63,844 nucleotides of DNA, filler included, from Chiloscyllium plagiosum (GCF_004010195.1; 5 parts of one record of this genome joined end to end with filler, not necessarily neighbours in it), one strand, 5' to 3'; shown: positions 13,150 through 27,147, counted from the first letter of the whole stretch. Notes: generated from the letters alone by a model not told the origin. Program-made: numbers and translations.

Positions 13150-13371
13150 ATGTCAGGAGTGTGGTGCTAGAAAAGCACAGCTGTTCAGGCAGCATCCGAG
13201 GAGCAGGAGAATCGATGTTTCGGGTATAAGCCCTTCATCAGGAATTCCTGATGAAAGGCTTATACCCGAAATAAAGATTTTCCTGCTCCTCGGATGCTGC
13301 CTAACCTGCTGTGCTTTTTCAGCACCACACTTTCAACTCTGATCTCCAGGATCTGCAGTCCTCACTTCCAC
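13150..13371. mobile_element. Palindromic Penelope-like terminal-repeat insertion with 12-bp TSD
   Basis: Inverted arms centred on gaattc (13242-13247). cattgtagttta at 13138-13149 and 13372-13383. Confidence 0.8.
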
Positions 13372-15054
13372 CATTGTAGTTTAGCATGGATGAGGAATTT
13401 AAAACTCTTGATCATGCTTCCAGTCATCCTCTCACTTCCAAACTGGTGCCTTAGTCTAATACTCTTTCTCAGCTTGGCTGTACCCCACGTTACAACCTCA
13501 TTTCTAACTCCTTAAATCCAAAGGAAGTACGTCTTATTATACTTGACAAGGAATTACTTTAAATTATTCATTCACATGTAGGCTTAATGAGGTGGGATGA
13601 CAAAGTTTTTTTTAACCTGTTTTTGCAATCAATTTGTTATTACACATCACTGGAGCAGGTGCGACTTGGACCCACGCCTCTCGGTTCAGGTGGTAGAGGC
13701 ACTGCTACTGAGCCACAAGAGGGCCTCTGGCAAGTTTCTTTCCCTGTTGAATTTAAATTCAATCATCTATGGCGGTATTCAAACTCACGTCTCCAGGGAG
13801 TCTGAATTATTAGTTCAGTGACATTTTCACAATATCATTGTCTCCCCCATTATACTGGGAGTTAGGAATGATTGAGCTAATGGCTTTGAATTTGTTTGTA
13901 GAGAGATTTGCATCAACATTTAATGTATAACATATTAAACAATAAATCTTTATACGTCAAGAATTTGGTTCACACCGCAAAATCTTTCAAGTCTGCACCA
14001 ATTGCCAACAGTAACTATGTTTACCCCCGGGTCTGCTGTAACCAGCTGCTGGCAAGTCAGGTGACCTGATATCAAAGTTTGTGTTTGGGCCAGCTGACAA
14101 TGCACTAGAAATCAATAATCGCCATGAGAACGCAGGTGAAATCTTTGGACCAATTCTTATATATTCATAGGCTTTTTGGTTCAGGGATGCATCAACAAAT
14201 TCTACTCCTACGTGTATCTAAAAATTATGAAACTTTACAACTGAGAGGAACATTTCAGATGTGACAGAAGTCCAAGTGTGTACCTCTGACATTGACCCTT
14301 ACCCACAACTGCCAATATTTGTAAATTTACCTATACAGTGCTTCTGTGTCTTACAACCCTTATGTATTAAATCTGGGAAATGAAAACCTTAAATTTCTCA
14401 GTCTTTTCAATGTGACAGCCCCTATGACGCTGACCTATTAATCAATTAAAGATAGGCTTGCCACAAAATTGTCAAAAATCCTCAAAACATTTTTTACCTA
14501 ATGTTTATTGCTTTAAGAACAAACATTCTAGCAAGTAATGTCTACTTGCATCAAGATGAATATGTATATTCATGAAGTAATGTCTACTTGCTTCATGAAT
14601 ATACATATTTCAGCAAAAGATAAATACATTTATGCAACTAGCATTTCACAAAAAGTTGGATCTTGATGCTTTTATCTAATTTATTACCCCTTGAACTGAA
14701 TTGTATTGTAGAAACAAAGTTAATATACTGACTATCACAGGCCTGGAAATGTGATCAGGTTGAGCCAGTTTCTCAGGCATCAGCCTATTGTGCTTAGGGG
14801 AAAGCATGTGCTTGTCACAATTTGCAAGTGCCTCACCCATTAGGATTGGGTTAGGAACATAGGAACAGGAGTAGACTATTCGACTCATCAAGCTTCTCCA
14901 CTTGAATGATTTTTCCCCACAATCTCTTCATTTATGCCACTGGTAATTAGAAATCCACCGATCTGTAAATATACTCAATAACTGTGATCTCATAGCCCGC
15001 TAGAGTAGAGAAATCTAAATATTTTCCATTGGCTTTCAGGGTGTGTGACAGAAC

Positions 15055-16180
15055 TACTTAGAGTCATAGAGTAATACAGCGTGGAAGCTGGCCCTTTGGC
15101 CCAAACTCGTCCATGCTGACAGTGGTGTCCAATGAACTGGTTCCAATTGCCTGCATTTGGTTCATATCCCTCTAAACCCTTCCCATCCATTACCTATCCA
15201 GATGTTTTTAAAATGTTGCCAATGTAGCTGTCTCAACCACTTTCTCTGGCAGCCCATTCTGTATACCACACCACTCTCTACGTGAGCAAGTTGCCCCTCA
15301 GGTCCTTCTTAAATCTATCCCCTCTCATCTTAAACCTACGCCCTCGAGTTTTCAATTCCCATCCCTGGCAAAAGGACTATATGCATTCATTCTATTCAAT
15401 GTCCCTCATGATTTTATATAACTCAATAATTCATCTACATTATAAGGAATAAAGTCCTATCCTGGCCAAACTCTCCCTGCAACTCAGGCCTACTAGTCCT
15501 TGCAACATCCTCGTAAATTTTCTTTACATTCTTTCCCGTTTAACGATGTCTTTCCTACAACAGAGTGATCAAAATGTACACGTACTCCAAGTGGAGCCTC
15601 ACCAATGAGTTATACAACTATAACATAACTTCCCAACTCCTCAGTGCCTCAACTGATGAAGGACAGCATGCTACATACCTTCGTCACTATCCTGTCTGCC
15701 TGCATGCTACTTTCAAAGTGGCATTGTACTCCTAGGTCCCTCTGTTTCACAAGACCTCTCAGGATCCAATCATTTATTGTATGTCTCCTACTTTGGTTTG
15801 ATTTTCCAAATCTGTATTGGGTTGCATTTGCCAATCCTCAGCTCACTTCCCCATTTAATCAAGACTCCTCTGTAACTTTTAATAACCTTCCTCATTATCA
15901 GTGATACTCCCTAATTTAGTATCATCCATAACCTTATGAATCATGTTTTCTACATTCACATCCAGATCATTAATGTAAATAACCAATAGCAAATGTCCCA
16001 GCACAGACCCCTCTGGCACACCACCAATCAGGCCTCCGGTCTGAGAAACAACCTTCAATCATTAACCTCTGCTTCCTACAGTTGAGCCAATTATGAATCC
16101 AATTTGCTAACTTTACCTGGATCCCATGCAACCTAATCTTCATGACTAGTTTGCCAAGCAGGACCTTGGCAAAAGGTACT
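15055..16180 (-). mobile_element. Decayed CR1 LINE fragment
   Basis: QRDLGV motif (ORF 15649..15834) and a 3' tail like that of the 5335 copy. Confidence 0.8.
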
Positions 16181-16629
16181 TAAAGCAATGAATAATATAA
16201 CTTCTGTAAACAAGAGTTAGTTAGTGGAATTTATTTGTTATATTGAACTGCTCGGTGATTAATCTGCTAAGTAACCCCTAGCTGGTTAGAAGAAGTCTTC
16301 ACTCATGCTATTTGAAAGACACTGGAAGCATGTGCAGTCAGTTGCTGGGTTGCTATCTCAGGTTCTGGTAGACCTCTGGATCCTTATGGGGTTTTTTTTA
16401 TTTTGACTTTGGAAAGTTGGGTGCTGACTGCCGTGAAGATATCTTTGAACTAGTTTTGGTTTGTTCATAAACAATTTCACAGTGATCTTCAGTGGAAGAA
16501 ATTAATAAGGAAATAATAGAGACTGGAGTGACTGGGAAAAAAAGGATGACGAGCACACTGCCCAGCAGATTATGTCAACAGTGAATATTTAGGGGACATT
16601 TCTCCTGTATGACATTTTGGAGAAGCAAT

Positions 16630-17560
16630 GCACAAGTGAGGTTGAAACCTGATCATCAGGTACACCTGGTGCTGCTCCTGGCATACCCTCCAGAACTGTC
16701 CATTGAACCAGGATTGATCTCCTAGCTGGATGGTAATAGTCATGTGGAGATATGCCAGGCCATGATGTTTCCGATTGAGCTGTAGTACATTTATGTCATT
16801 GTTGGTTGCCCACAATGCCTCATAGATGCCCAGTCTTGAATTGCTAGACCTGTTCAAATTTAGCACGGTGATATTTACACACAACATGATGGAGGGTATT
16901 TTCAGTGTGAAGGCGGACTTCATCTCCATAAGATCTATGCGTTGGTCACTCTTACAGATACTGACAGATGCATCTGCGGCCAGCAGATTTGTAAGGATGA
17001 AGTTGAAAATGTCTTTCCCTCTCATTCGTTCCCTCACCACCTGCTGTAAACCCAGAGTGATAGCTATGTCATTTAGGGCCCCTCCAGTTTGAACAGTAGT
17101 GCTGCTGTCAAGCCATTCTTTGTGATGGACATTGAAATCCTACAGGCCTTTGTCACCCTTGGTTCTTCCTCCAAGTGTCATTCAGGTGTTCAAGCAGAGG
17201 GAGGATGGTACATGGTGATCAGCATGAGATTTTATTGTCCATTTTTGATCTGAAACCACAAGACTTCATAGGGTCCAGAATCAATGGTGAGGACTCCCGG
17301 GTTAACTCCCTCCCACTATATACCAGTGTGTTACTACTTCTTCTGGTCTGCTCTGGCATTGGGATAGTAATGTCTGGTACATTGTTTGTAAGATATGATT
17401 CCCTGGGTTGACTATGTCAGGCTGCCATTTCACCTGATGAAGGAACAGCACTCCACAAGTTTGTGATTTCAAATAAATATCTAACCTGGTGTCATGTGAC
17501 TTCTGAGCTTGACTAGTCTGTGAGACGGCTCTCCCAATTGTGGCACGAGCCCCTAGGTGT
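16630..17560 (-). mobile_element. Older CR1-clade LINE, endonuclease/linker region (related pieces at ~34560-35220, 40555-40860, 41570-42200, 46390-46900, 56800-57250)
   Basis: MVRERMRGKDI..ILTNL..ADASV..SD and ITIQLGDQSWFN motifs; similar sequence recurs elsewhere in the window. Confidence 0.6.
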
Positions 17561-18791
17561 TAGTAAAGAGGACTTAGATGATCTTTTATCTGCTTGTTTC
17601 TCAACAATATGTCTACCTCTAACCTAAAAGTATTCAACAGCTGCACTTCCACCTCCTTTTCAGGAAGAGAGTTGCAGAGACTTCATCAGGATCTCATTTA
17701 CTTCAATCAAGTCACCTATTACTCTTCCAAACTCCACTCGATATAAGACTCTCACCAGAAGAGAAACTGTCTATTTCAGGTATTAGACTAGGAATCTTTT
17801 TTTGAACTCCTTCTAATTTTGTTTATCCCATCACTATTTCCCACCCATAACATTTGTATCCAACCATGCGCCTTCCATTTGTTTTACTCATGAATTAGCG
17901 AATGTGCATATAGAGTTTTAAAGAGTATATGTTAAGTTTCATAGTTCCAGACTGGTGATACTTTATTTTTCTCAGCCATTTGTTAAGTAATAATTATGTT
18001 TACAACAAATGTCTTCTTGTTGACAATGAATCCTGGTGTAAATCACTTTTCTCCTGAATAGCAGTAGCAGTCAGGCAAATTGATTTTCTTGTGGTTTATT
18101 CAGGTTCTTACATACTTGTTACATTTTTCAGAATAGGGGGGCTCAATTATCCTTTCTAGCTGATTGTAATAGTTCTCCATGTTTGATTACACATGCCTGA
18201 GTGCAGTCATTTTGAAAAAGACCTGTAGGCTAACTGCTATAAACATGAAGAAGCAGACATTTTAAAGCATTGAATAAAACTCCTCATACATGCATAAAAG
18301 TGTCATTACTACACATCACTTCGACCAGTACCTTCACTCCACCATAGGTAGAATTCTTCACCCATCTATGCCTGAAGTTCTGTGATTCTCTTCTCTAATG
18401 CCCTGTGCCTGGTCTCACCCTCTTCCCTTAAGATCTTGCTTAAAAGTCACCTCTTTAACTAAGTTTTTGTCCACCTATCTTAATATCAATAGATGCAGTT
18501 TAGTGTCAAGTTTTACTTGATAACATTTCTGTTGAATGCTTTTTGCTTATTTCCTAAGTTAAAGGTGTACTATGGAGCCAATTTGTTGTTTTATGTCTCA
18601 ATAAATGTCTGAATCGATTGCAGAAGAAAAAAACTCAGGCTGGGCATCTAAAGAAAGACAGCACACTGGTAACACTCCACAGAGTGGGGAATCATGAGCT
18701 TCAATGGGCTTCAGCAGAAAGATCACAGAAATGAAAGAAAGGAACGTTTGTGTAAATGCAAGGGAAATTTGATGAAGCAACGTTTGTTAAA

Positions 18792-19072
18792 ACACAATGG
18801 CTCAGCAGTTAGCACTGCTGTTTCACAGCACCAGGGATCCAGGTTTGATTCCCGCCTTGGGTGACTGTCTGTGTGGGGTTTGTACATTCTCCCTGTGTCT
18901 GTGTGGGTTTCCTCCCACAATCCAAAGATGTGCAGATCAGCTGAATTGATCATGCTAAATTGCCCATAATATTGAGTAAATGTAAGGGAATAGGTCTAGG
19001 TGGATTACTCTTCAGAGGGTTAGTGTGGATTTGTTGGGTCAAAGGGCCTGTTTCCATACTGTAGGGAAGCTA
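18792..19072 (+). mobile_element. tRNA-derived SINE (HE1/V-SINE-like); further copies at ~26725-27050 (-), ~31230-31533 (-), ~57490-57670 (+, partial)
   Basis: Same head, core and tail as the 2826 and 7194 copies. Confidence 0.85.
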
Positions 19073-19704
19073 AAAAAAATGCGATGAATCTGCAATTCCT
19101 GGAGATTGAGATTATATGTCAAGGAAGTTCTATCAGAGAACTTAGTCCATACTGTTGGTCATTACCATCCTGATCTCATTCACTCACTGTTTTATATTAT
19201 CAAGGTCTCTAGCACATGTGCTATAAAGTCTCACAAAGACAAAACATAAAAGAGATCTGCATTGATATAGGTCAGAGCTGAAAAATGTGTTGCTGGAAAA
19301 GCGCAGGTGAGACTTGAACCAAGACTTGAACACAAATAAAACCTGGCTCAGAGGTAGCGATACATAAGTCCATATTTACACCATAGGAAATAAGAACAGG
19401 AGTGGGCTCTTCAGCCCCTTGAGCCTGAATCACCATTGATAACGATCAAGGCTGATATGACATTTCTCACATCCACATTCCTGCTTTGTCTTATAACCTT
19501 TGATTCTCCAACTGATCAAGAATATATCTATCACAACATTAAGTATACACAAGAATTCTGTCAGCTCACTGTCTGTGAGTTCCAAAGGCTCTCAACCCAT
19601 TGAGAGAAGAAATTCCTCCTCATCTCAGTCTGACTTTGGCACCCCTTTATTCTGAGGTAATGCCCTCTCATCCTGGTCTCTCTCATGAGTGGAAATATCC
19701 TCTT

Positions 19705-19948
19705 AAGATATTACTACAAGAGCCATTCTTAGTATTTCCAGAGCATTCTTCTCTGCACAAGTGGGTATCTCTGAAGAGACTAGTGATTACGCTATCTGAA
19801 ACTAGGTAAGAGACCTTTGGGTGAAACTGGTTTGGGTGGTGCCAATTTATTGGGCATGACAAATAACTTGATGCTTCCAAATTAACATCTGTGCACACTT
19901 CTGATGTGAAGTTCATGAGATGCCATTGTTGAAAAAAGCTTGGAATAT
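19705..19948 (-). pseudogene. Exon-like segment: (D)IPSFFQQWHLMNFTSEVCTDVNLEASSYLSCPINW...NGSCSNIL, cut off by a CR1-type repeat
   Basis: About 80 open codons (ORF 19683..19961), in phase 1 with the previous donor. The acceptor is a weak cgag. Confidence 0.4.
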
Positions 19949-20204
19949 CTCGATTTAACATATAAAGGGAACATGCAAAGCAGGTTGCTCATGATATTAA
20001 TCAGACTACTTTGCTGATATAATGCCTATGAAATGCAGCTTGTTTGCCAGTTATTTGTTTCTGGCTATTGCTATAAGATTCAAGCTCGGTGTGGAGGGTT
20101 CTTTTTTTTTTTAGTGACCATGAGGCTGCTGTACAGAACAACAGACCTTCCTACTGAAATCAGGTTTGAAAAGGCGAACAAGAAGAAAGCTCACATCTGA
20201 GTTC

Positions 20205-21115
20205 AATTGGAGTTTAATCCAGGTAAGTGTGAGGTGCTGGACTTTGGGAGATCAAACGTTACGGAACAATTAATAGCACAATTCTGAATAGCATCACTAT
20301 ACAGAGGGACCTTGGGGTTCAAGTCCATAGCTCCCTGAAAGTGGCCACGCAAATAAATAAGATGTTAAAGAATGTCTACTTGCCTTTAGAACATAGAACA
20401 TTACAGTGTAGTACAGGCCCTTCAGCCCTCGATGTTGCACTGACCTGTGGAACCAATCTGAAGCCTATTTATCCTACACTATTCCATTTTCATCCATATG
20501 TTTATCAAATGATGATTAAAATGCCCTTTATTGATCAGGGAATTGAGTACTAGAGTCAAGATATCATGTTACAGCTTTATAAGACTTTGGTTAGGCAACA
20601 CTTAGAGTATTGCATTTAGTTCCGTTTGCTACATCACAGGAAGGATGTGAAAGCTTTGGAGATGGTGCAGAAGAGGTTTACCCAAGATGCTGCTTGGATG
20701 AGAGGGTATGAGTTATAAAGAGAGGCTAGAAAAACTCAGATTGCTTTGTCTGGAGTGATGGAGGCTGAGGAGGAACTTGGTAGAAGTCCATGAATTTATA
20801 AGATGCATAGATAGAGTTAAATCTTTTTCCTAGAGTTGGAATATCTAATACTAGGCAGCATGCATTTAAGATGAGAGGGGACAGGTTCAAAGGAGACAAG
20901 AGGAGGCAAGCCATTTACACAGAGAGTGGTAGGAGTCTGGAATGTGCTGCCAGGAGTGGTAGTAGAGACAGATAGCAAATGAATATGCAAGCAATGGTGG
21001 GATATGGACTGAGGGAAGGCAGAAGGGATTAACTTAATTTGGTGCTATGTTTGGTGCAACATTGTGAGCTGAAGGGCCCGTTCCTATGGTGTGCAGTTCA
21101 ATATTCTATGTTCTA
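20205..21115 (+). mobile_element. Decayed CR1 3' fragment with a nested short LINE-tail insertion (~20388-20520)
   Basis: Translates to QRDLGVQVHSSLKVA and LYKTLVRQHLEYCI; ttctatg tail. Confidence 0.8.
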
Positions 21116-21456
21116 TCTGAAAGTAGAGACAGGAGGTGGAGATCAGCTTCAAGCACAAGACCATATCTATCTGGGTATTCAGGGCTTAGCTGAGCTTTGA
21201 TAAGGTCCTTCACTAAGGAGTGCCTTTTGGTAAACCTGGCAGGGTGAGGATGGTGTTGCCAGTGGCTGTGAAAGAGACCATATCTACAATGCTTATAAAT
21301 TTGCTGCTGAAGAACAGCACCTTAGAGCTGAGAAAGTAACTCCATGTCCTATTGGCAGAGACATGCAGAGTGAAAATGAAGATTTGTCCATAAGTGCAAG
21401 GTGGCATTCTTTGACTGCACTGCTTCTTGCTTCATGTCATGCAAATTCAACTTTAC

Positions 21457-21913
21457 CATGTACCATAACCAAAAGGGATTCAACTCCCTCAAAATGCAGC
21501 CAACATGTAATCGGTATGTGCATTAATGACTCGTAACCTAGCAGTAACTTGGCTTGATGCCTTCGCTCTATGGCAGTCTGCCATGCCAGTACTGAAAACC
21601 AAAGGGTGGTTACTAGGCACCAAAGGCTATCGCTGATGGCATATCTGGCCCACGCACATCAGGTCGAGAGTCATGCTTCACTGAGAATGTGGTAGGGAGA
21701 CCACAGGAAGTCTGAAACAATATTTGCAAAGCCTGTACTTCATTGGAAGAACTCTTAGGTCTCCAGATCTGTGGTTGCATGATTCATCCTTCACAATGTA
21801 ATGAAGAAATAATTCAAATAGCATATCAGTAACCTTCATCCCAGTTCATCATTCACTCCTTTCCTTCCCTCTGTCATTGATCATTGTATTGTCCCCTTGG
21901 TTGCAATGTAAAA
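21457..21913 (-). pseudogene. Exon-like segment with frameshift/stops: ...EFFQ*STGFANIVSDFLWSPYHILSEA*LST*CAWARYAISDSLWCLVTTLW...FEGVESLLVMVH
   Basis: Acceptor ttttgtattag and donor ATG|gtaaag (phase 1). The last ~67 codons are open. Confidence 0.45.
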
Positions 21914-22800
21914 CTAATACAAAATATACATCACAAAATCAATGTATAAATTAAAAGCCTTCTGCATGACATACAAAATAAAATTAATCATTCTTGTGCA
22001 TTGGGGCTTACTTGCCTGTGTCTTTGCCTGCCCTGCAGCTCCAATGGGATGTTAGCTCAGAGATTGGGAGAAGATTTCAGCTGGCCTTTAAGGACAAACC
22101 TGTATACCTCTAAATAACAAAAGACTGTGGATGGTGGAAATCAGTAACAAAAATAAAAATTGCTGGAAAACCTCAGCAGGTCAGGGAGCATCAGTGGAGA
22201 GCAAGCAAAGTTAATGTTTCAGGTTCAGTGACACTTCTTCAGAACTGATTTCAACAAGGAGAGAGTTGGTATACATGCTGAAGGTGGGTGGGAGAAGGAG
22301 GGAGGTGTACACGATAGATGGAGATGGAGCCCAGAAACAGAGAAAAACAGTTGGGCAGAGGAAAGAATGGTTGAAGATCAGTATGGGAGAATGCTAATGG
22401 GGGCCATTTTTGACTGATAATGGTTTGTTTGTAGTCACAACCCATGTGATGAAAAGGCCTGATGTGTGGGGTTTGGGGTAAGGACATGGGAGAAGGTGCT
22501 CATGATCTACAATTATTGAACTTAATATTGGATCCTGAAGGTTGCAGCGTCCCCAAGTGTAAAATGAGATGTTGTTTGTCCAACTTGCTGAATTTCACTG
22601 GAACATTGCTGCAAGCCTGTCACAGAGATGCTGACCAGGGAACATCATGGTGATTTGAAGTGGCAGGTAACAAGAAGGTCAACATTACTTTTGTGGAGAG
22701 AATGTAGATGTTATGCTATGCTGTCACTCAGTCTGCATTTCGTCTCCCCAAATGTAGAGTGGATCACATTGTGAACAGTACAGTACAGTAGACCACTTCA

Positions 22801-23207
22801 TAGAACATAGAACATAGAAAAATACAGCGCAGTACAGGCCCTTTGGCCCTCGATGTTGCGCCGATCCAAGCCCACCTAACCTACACTAGCCCACTATCCT
22901 CCATATGCCTATCCAATGCACGTTTAAATGCCCATAATGAAGGAGAGTCCACCACTGCTACTGGCAGGGCATTCCATGAACTCACGACTCGCTGAGTAAA
23001 GAATCTACCCCTAACATCTGTCCTATACCTACCACCCCTTAATTTAAAGCTATGCCCCCTCATAATAGCTGACTCCATACGTGGAAAAAGATTCTCACTG
23101 TCGACCCTATCTAAACCCCTAATCATCTTATACACCTCTATCAAGTCACCCCTAAACCTTCTTTACACCATTGAAAACAACCCCAAGTGCCTCAGCCTGT
23201 CCTCATA
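22801..23207 (-). mobile_element. Young CR1 3' fragment ending at a gap
   Basis: ORF 22881..23144; near-identical to 1-587; (tagaaca)n tail. Confidence 0.9.
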
Positions 23208-23307
23208 NNNNNNNNNNNNNNNNNNNNNNNNNNNNNNNNNNNNNNNNNNNNTTAATTAATTAANNNNNNNNNNNNNNNNNNNNNNNNNNNNNNNNNNNNN
23301 NNNNNNN

Positions 23308-24503
23308 AGCAGTAGATGTGATCTATATGGACTTCAGTAAGGCGTTCGACAAGGTTCCCCATGCGAGACTGATTAGCAAGGTTAGATCTTATGGAATAAA
23401 GGGAGAACTAGCCATTTGGATACAGAACTGGCTCAAAGGTAGAAGACAGAGGGTGATGGTGGAGGGTTGTTTTTTAGATTGGAGACCTGTGACCAGTGGA
23501 GTGCCACAAGGACCGGTACTAGGTCCTCTACTTTTTGTCATTTACATAAATGATTTGGTTGTGAACATAAGAGGTACAATTAGTAAGTTTGCAGATGACA
23601 CCAAAATTGGAGGTGTAGTGGACAGCGAAGAGGGTTACCTCAGATTACAACAGGATCTGGACATATGGGCCAATGGGCTGAGAAGTCGGAGATAGAGTTG
23701 AATTCAGATAAATGCTAGGTGCTGCATTTTGGTAAAGTAAATCTTAGCAGGACTTATACACTTAATGGTAAGGTCCTAGGGAGTGTTGCTGAACAGAGAG
23801 ACCTTGGAGTGCAGGTTCATAGCTCCTTGAAAGTGGAGTCACAGGTAGATAGGATAGTGAAGAAGGTGTTTGGTATGCTTTCCTTTATTGGCCAGAGTAT
23901 TGAGTACCGGAGTTGGGAGGTCATGTTGCTGCTGTACAGGACATTGGTTAGGCCTCTGTTGGAATATTGCGTGCAATTCTGGTCTCCTTCCTATCGGAAA
24001 GATGTTGTGAAACTTTAAAGGGTTCAGCAAAGATTTACAAGGATGCTGTCAGGGTTGGAAGATTTGAGCTATAGTGAGAGGCTGAACAGGCTGGGGCTGT
24101 TGTCCCTGGAGCGTCGGAGGCTGAGGGGTGTCCTGAGGGGGTTACAAAATTATGAGGGGCATGTTTAGGATAAATAGACAAAGTCTTTTTCCTGGGATAG
24201 GGGAGTCCAGAACTAGAGGGCATAGGTTTAGGGTGAGAGGGGAAAGATATAAAAGAGACCTAAGGGGCAACGTTTTTCACGCAGAGGGTGGTACATGTAT
24301 GGACTGAGCTGCCAGACGACGTGGTGGAGGCTGGGACAATTGCAACATTTAAGAGGGATTTGGATGGGTACATGAATAGGAAGGGTTTGGAGGGATATGG
24401 GCCGGGTGCTAGCAGGTGGGACTAGATTGGGTTGGGATATCTGGTCGGCGTGGACAGGTTGGACCGAAGGGTCTATTTCCATGCTGTACATCTCTATGAC
24501 TCT
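23308..24503 (+). mobile_element. CR1 LINE RT and 3' end (same family as 5335-7100)
   Basis: YMDFSKAFDKVPH, SGVPQG, FADDTKIGG, LYRTLVRPLLEYC. Confidence 0.93.
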
Positions 24504-25039
24504 ATAACAAATATTTGAACTTAAAGACCTCTACAGTTTTGTGATGCAGTTTGTGATATATGTGACCGAATCTACATGAGCCATGCAGCTTTTCTCTGAA
24601 GGTAATTTTAACAAGTAGGAAGATGTGATAAATCATAGACTGTCCATGGTAGAATGAAGCAGTGAAAATTTGTTTTTAACCATCATTCAAAGCAGTGTTA
24701 AAATGTGCTTGCAAAATCTTACAAGACAAATGTTGTTTGATATATGTTTAACGACTTGATGAAGATGAATCATGAAACACTCTTGCAGGGTGACTATTCA
24801 GGTCTGTATTAATTACACAGAGGAACATCAAATTAAAATATCAGAAAATGGCATCTTTCCCAACTGTTACGCATCCTCCACATTCCCCCTTTGTCTGTAG
24901 TGTAAAAACCATCATTTTCCAAACCTCTTCAGTTCCAAAGAAAAGTTATATTGGATTTAAATCATTGACTCTGATTCTCTCTCCACAGATGCTTCCAGGT
25001 GTTTCACTGGCACTTTCTTTTTTTATTGTTGCTCATCAA

Positions 25040-25988
25040 TCACAACAAGGACAGAACCACACTCCTCCACCCCACCCCAGTCCTTGCCTTCCACCCCACC
25101 AACCTCCAGATACATCGTAGCATGCTCTGCCATTTCTGCCATCTACAAACAGACCCCACCACCAGGAATATATTTCCCTCCCCACCCCTATCTGTGTTCC
25201 GGAGAGACCATTCCCTCTGTGACTCCCTTGTTAATCCACGTGCCCCCACCAACCCACCCTCCACTTTCAGCACCTTCCGCTTCCACCGCAAGAAGTGCAA
25301 AACCTGCACTTACACCTCCCCCTCACCTCTATCCAAGGCCCCAAAGGATCCTTCCACATCCGGCAGAGATTTACCTGTACTTCTACACATGTTATCTACT
25401 GTGTCAGTTGCTCCCGATGTGGTCTCCTCTCTCTGGGACACATGCACTAAACAACCCACCCACTCTGTGGCCAAACACTTTAACTCCCCCTCCCACTTGG
25501 CCAAGTTCATGCAAGTCCTGGGCCTTCTCCACCACCAATCTCTAACCACCCGATGCTTGGAGGAAGAATGCCTCATCTTCCACCTTGTGACCCTCCAACC
25601 ACATGGGATCAAATGTGGATTTCACCAGTTTCCTCATTTCGCCTCCTCCCACCTTATTCATGATCCAAACTTCTAACTCGGCACAGCCCTCTTGAACTGT
25701 CTTACCTGTTCATCTTCCTTCCCACCTATCCACTCCACTTTCCTCTCCGAGCTATCACCATTACCACACCTCCATTTACCTATCACACTCTCAGGTACCT
25801 TTCCCCAGTCCAACCCTCTTCCCATTTATCTCTCCACCCCCTCAGCTCACAAGCCTCATTCCTGATGAAGGGTTTCTGCCCGAGACGTCAATCCTTCTGC
25901 ACCTTTGATGCTGCCTGAGCTGCTGTACTTTTCCAGCACCACACTCATGACTCTGATCTCCAGCATTTGCAGCCCTCACTTTCTCCTA
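25040..25988 (+). mobile_element. Penelope-like element 3' part (GIY-YIG region plus terminal repeat); related pieces at 22110-22800 (-), 32190-32838 (+), 48300-49520, 63466-63844 (-)
   Basis: PVLAFHPTNL..LQTDPTT..FPSPPLSVFRRD, a CxxC linker, VAKHFNSPSH and LEEECLIFHL..LQPHG match the PLE C-terminus; hammerhead-like motif in the tail. Confidence 0.85.
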
Positions 25989-27147
25989 AACACACTGCAA
26001 ATATCAGGTGATGTCATCTCCAGCAAGAAAGACTCTAACCATTATGTCTTGACAGTCAATATCTTTACTATTATTGAGTCCCCATTATCAACATCCTGGG
26101 GTTTACAGTTTGCAACTCTACTCATTGGAATTTAGAAGAATGAATGGTAATCTCATTCTTAAAAGATTGTCAGCTTAAATACTGAGAGGATATCTCCTGC
26201 CATAGGAGAGTCTAGAATCAGAGAGAAGAGAACATAGTCTCAGAATAAAAGGGTACTTATTTAAGACTGGGATGAGGAGGAATTTCTTCAGAGGGGTGTG
26301 AGTTTTTGCAACTCATTGCCTTGGAGAGCTGTAGGGACAAAGTTATTGTCAAAAGTTTAAGGCTGAGAATGATAGGTTCTTGATCAGGAGGGAAATCAAG
26401 AGTTTCAGGGAAAGGGCAGGTATGTAGATGTGAGGAATGTTGGATCAACCATGATTCTATTGAATGGTGAAGCAGCCTTGAGTGGCCAAATGCCTACTCC
26501 TGTTCCCATTTTTTATTGTCACTAATGACCAAAACCTGACATGGAATAGTCATGTAATCACTGTGGCTATAAGATCAAGTTAGTGGCTGGAAATCTTGCT
26601 GCGAGCAACTCACCTCCTACCTCCCTAAATTATGTGCCTTGTGGATGATGGACAAATCAGGTGTCTGATAGAATACTTCCTACCAGCCTGGGTAAGTCAG
26701 CTCTAACAACCCTCATCATAGATAAAATCCTTACAGTGCAGAAGCAGGCCATTCAGCTCATCAGGTCCACACTGACCCTCCGAAGAGCATCCCTCCCAGG
26801 CTCACTGTATCCATGTAACTCTACATTTCCCATGGCTAATCCACCTAGCCTGCACATCTGTGGACATTATGGGCAATTCAGCATGGCCAATCCATCTAAA
26901 CTGACATCTTTGGATTGTGGGAGGAAACCACAGTATCCGGCAGAAACCTATGCAGACACAGGGTGAATGAGCAAACTGCACACTGACGCTGCTGGAATCA
27001 AACTGGGTCCCTGGCACTGTGAGGCAGCCGTGCTAACCACTTTGCCACCATCTTCCCATGGGCAATTAGGCATGAGTGATAAACATGTGTCCAGCAGCAA
27101 CACCCACATCATATGAATGATAAAGAAACTGTTGTTTTCACACTCAC

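Noticed and set aside
17885..19230. Further minus-strand exon-like pieces (~19188-19220, ~18116-18222, ~17890-18053); similar ones at ~24723-24803, ~45200-45320 and ~50505-50599
   Set aside because: Splice-like borders exist, but I could not resolve frame and phase links, so they are not listed as features. They should be re-tested if the hidden gene is confirmed.
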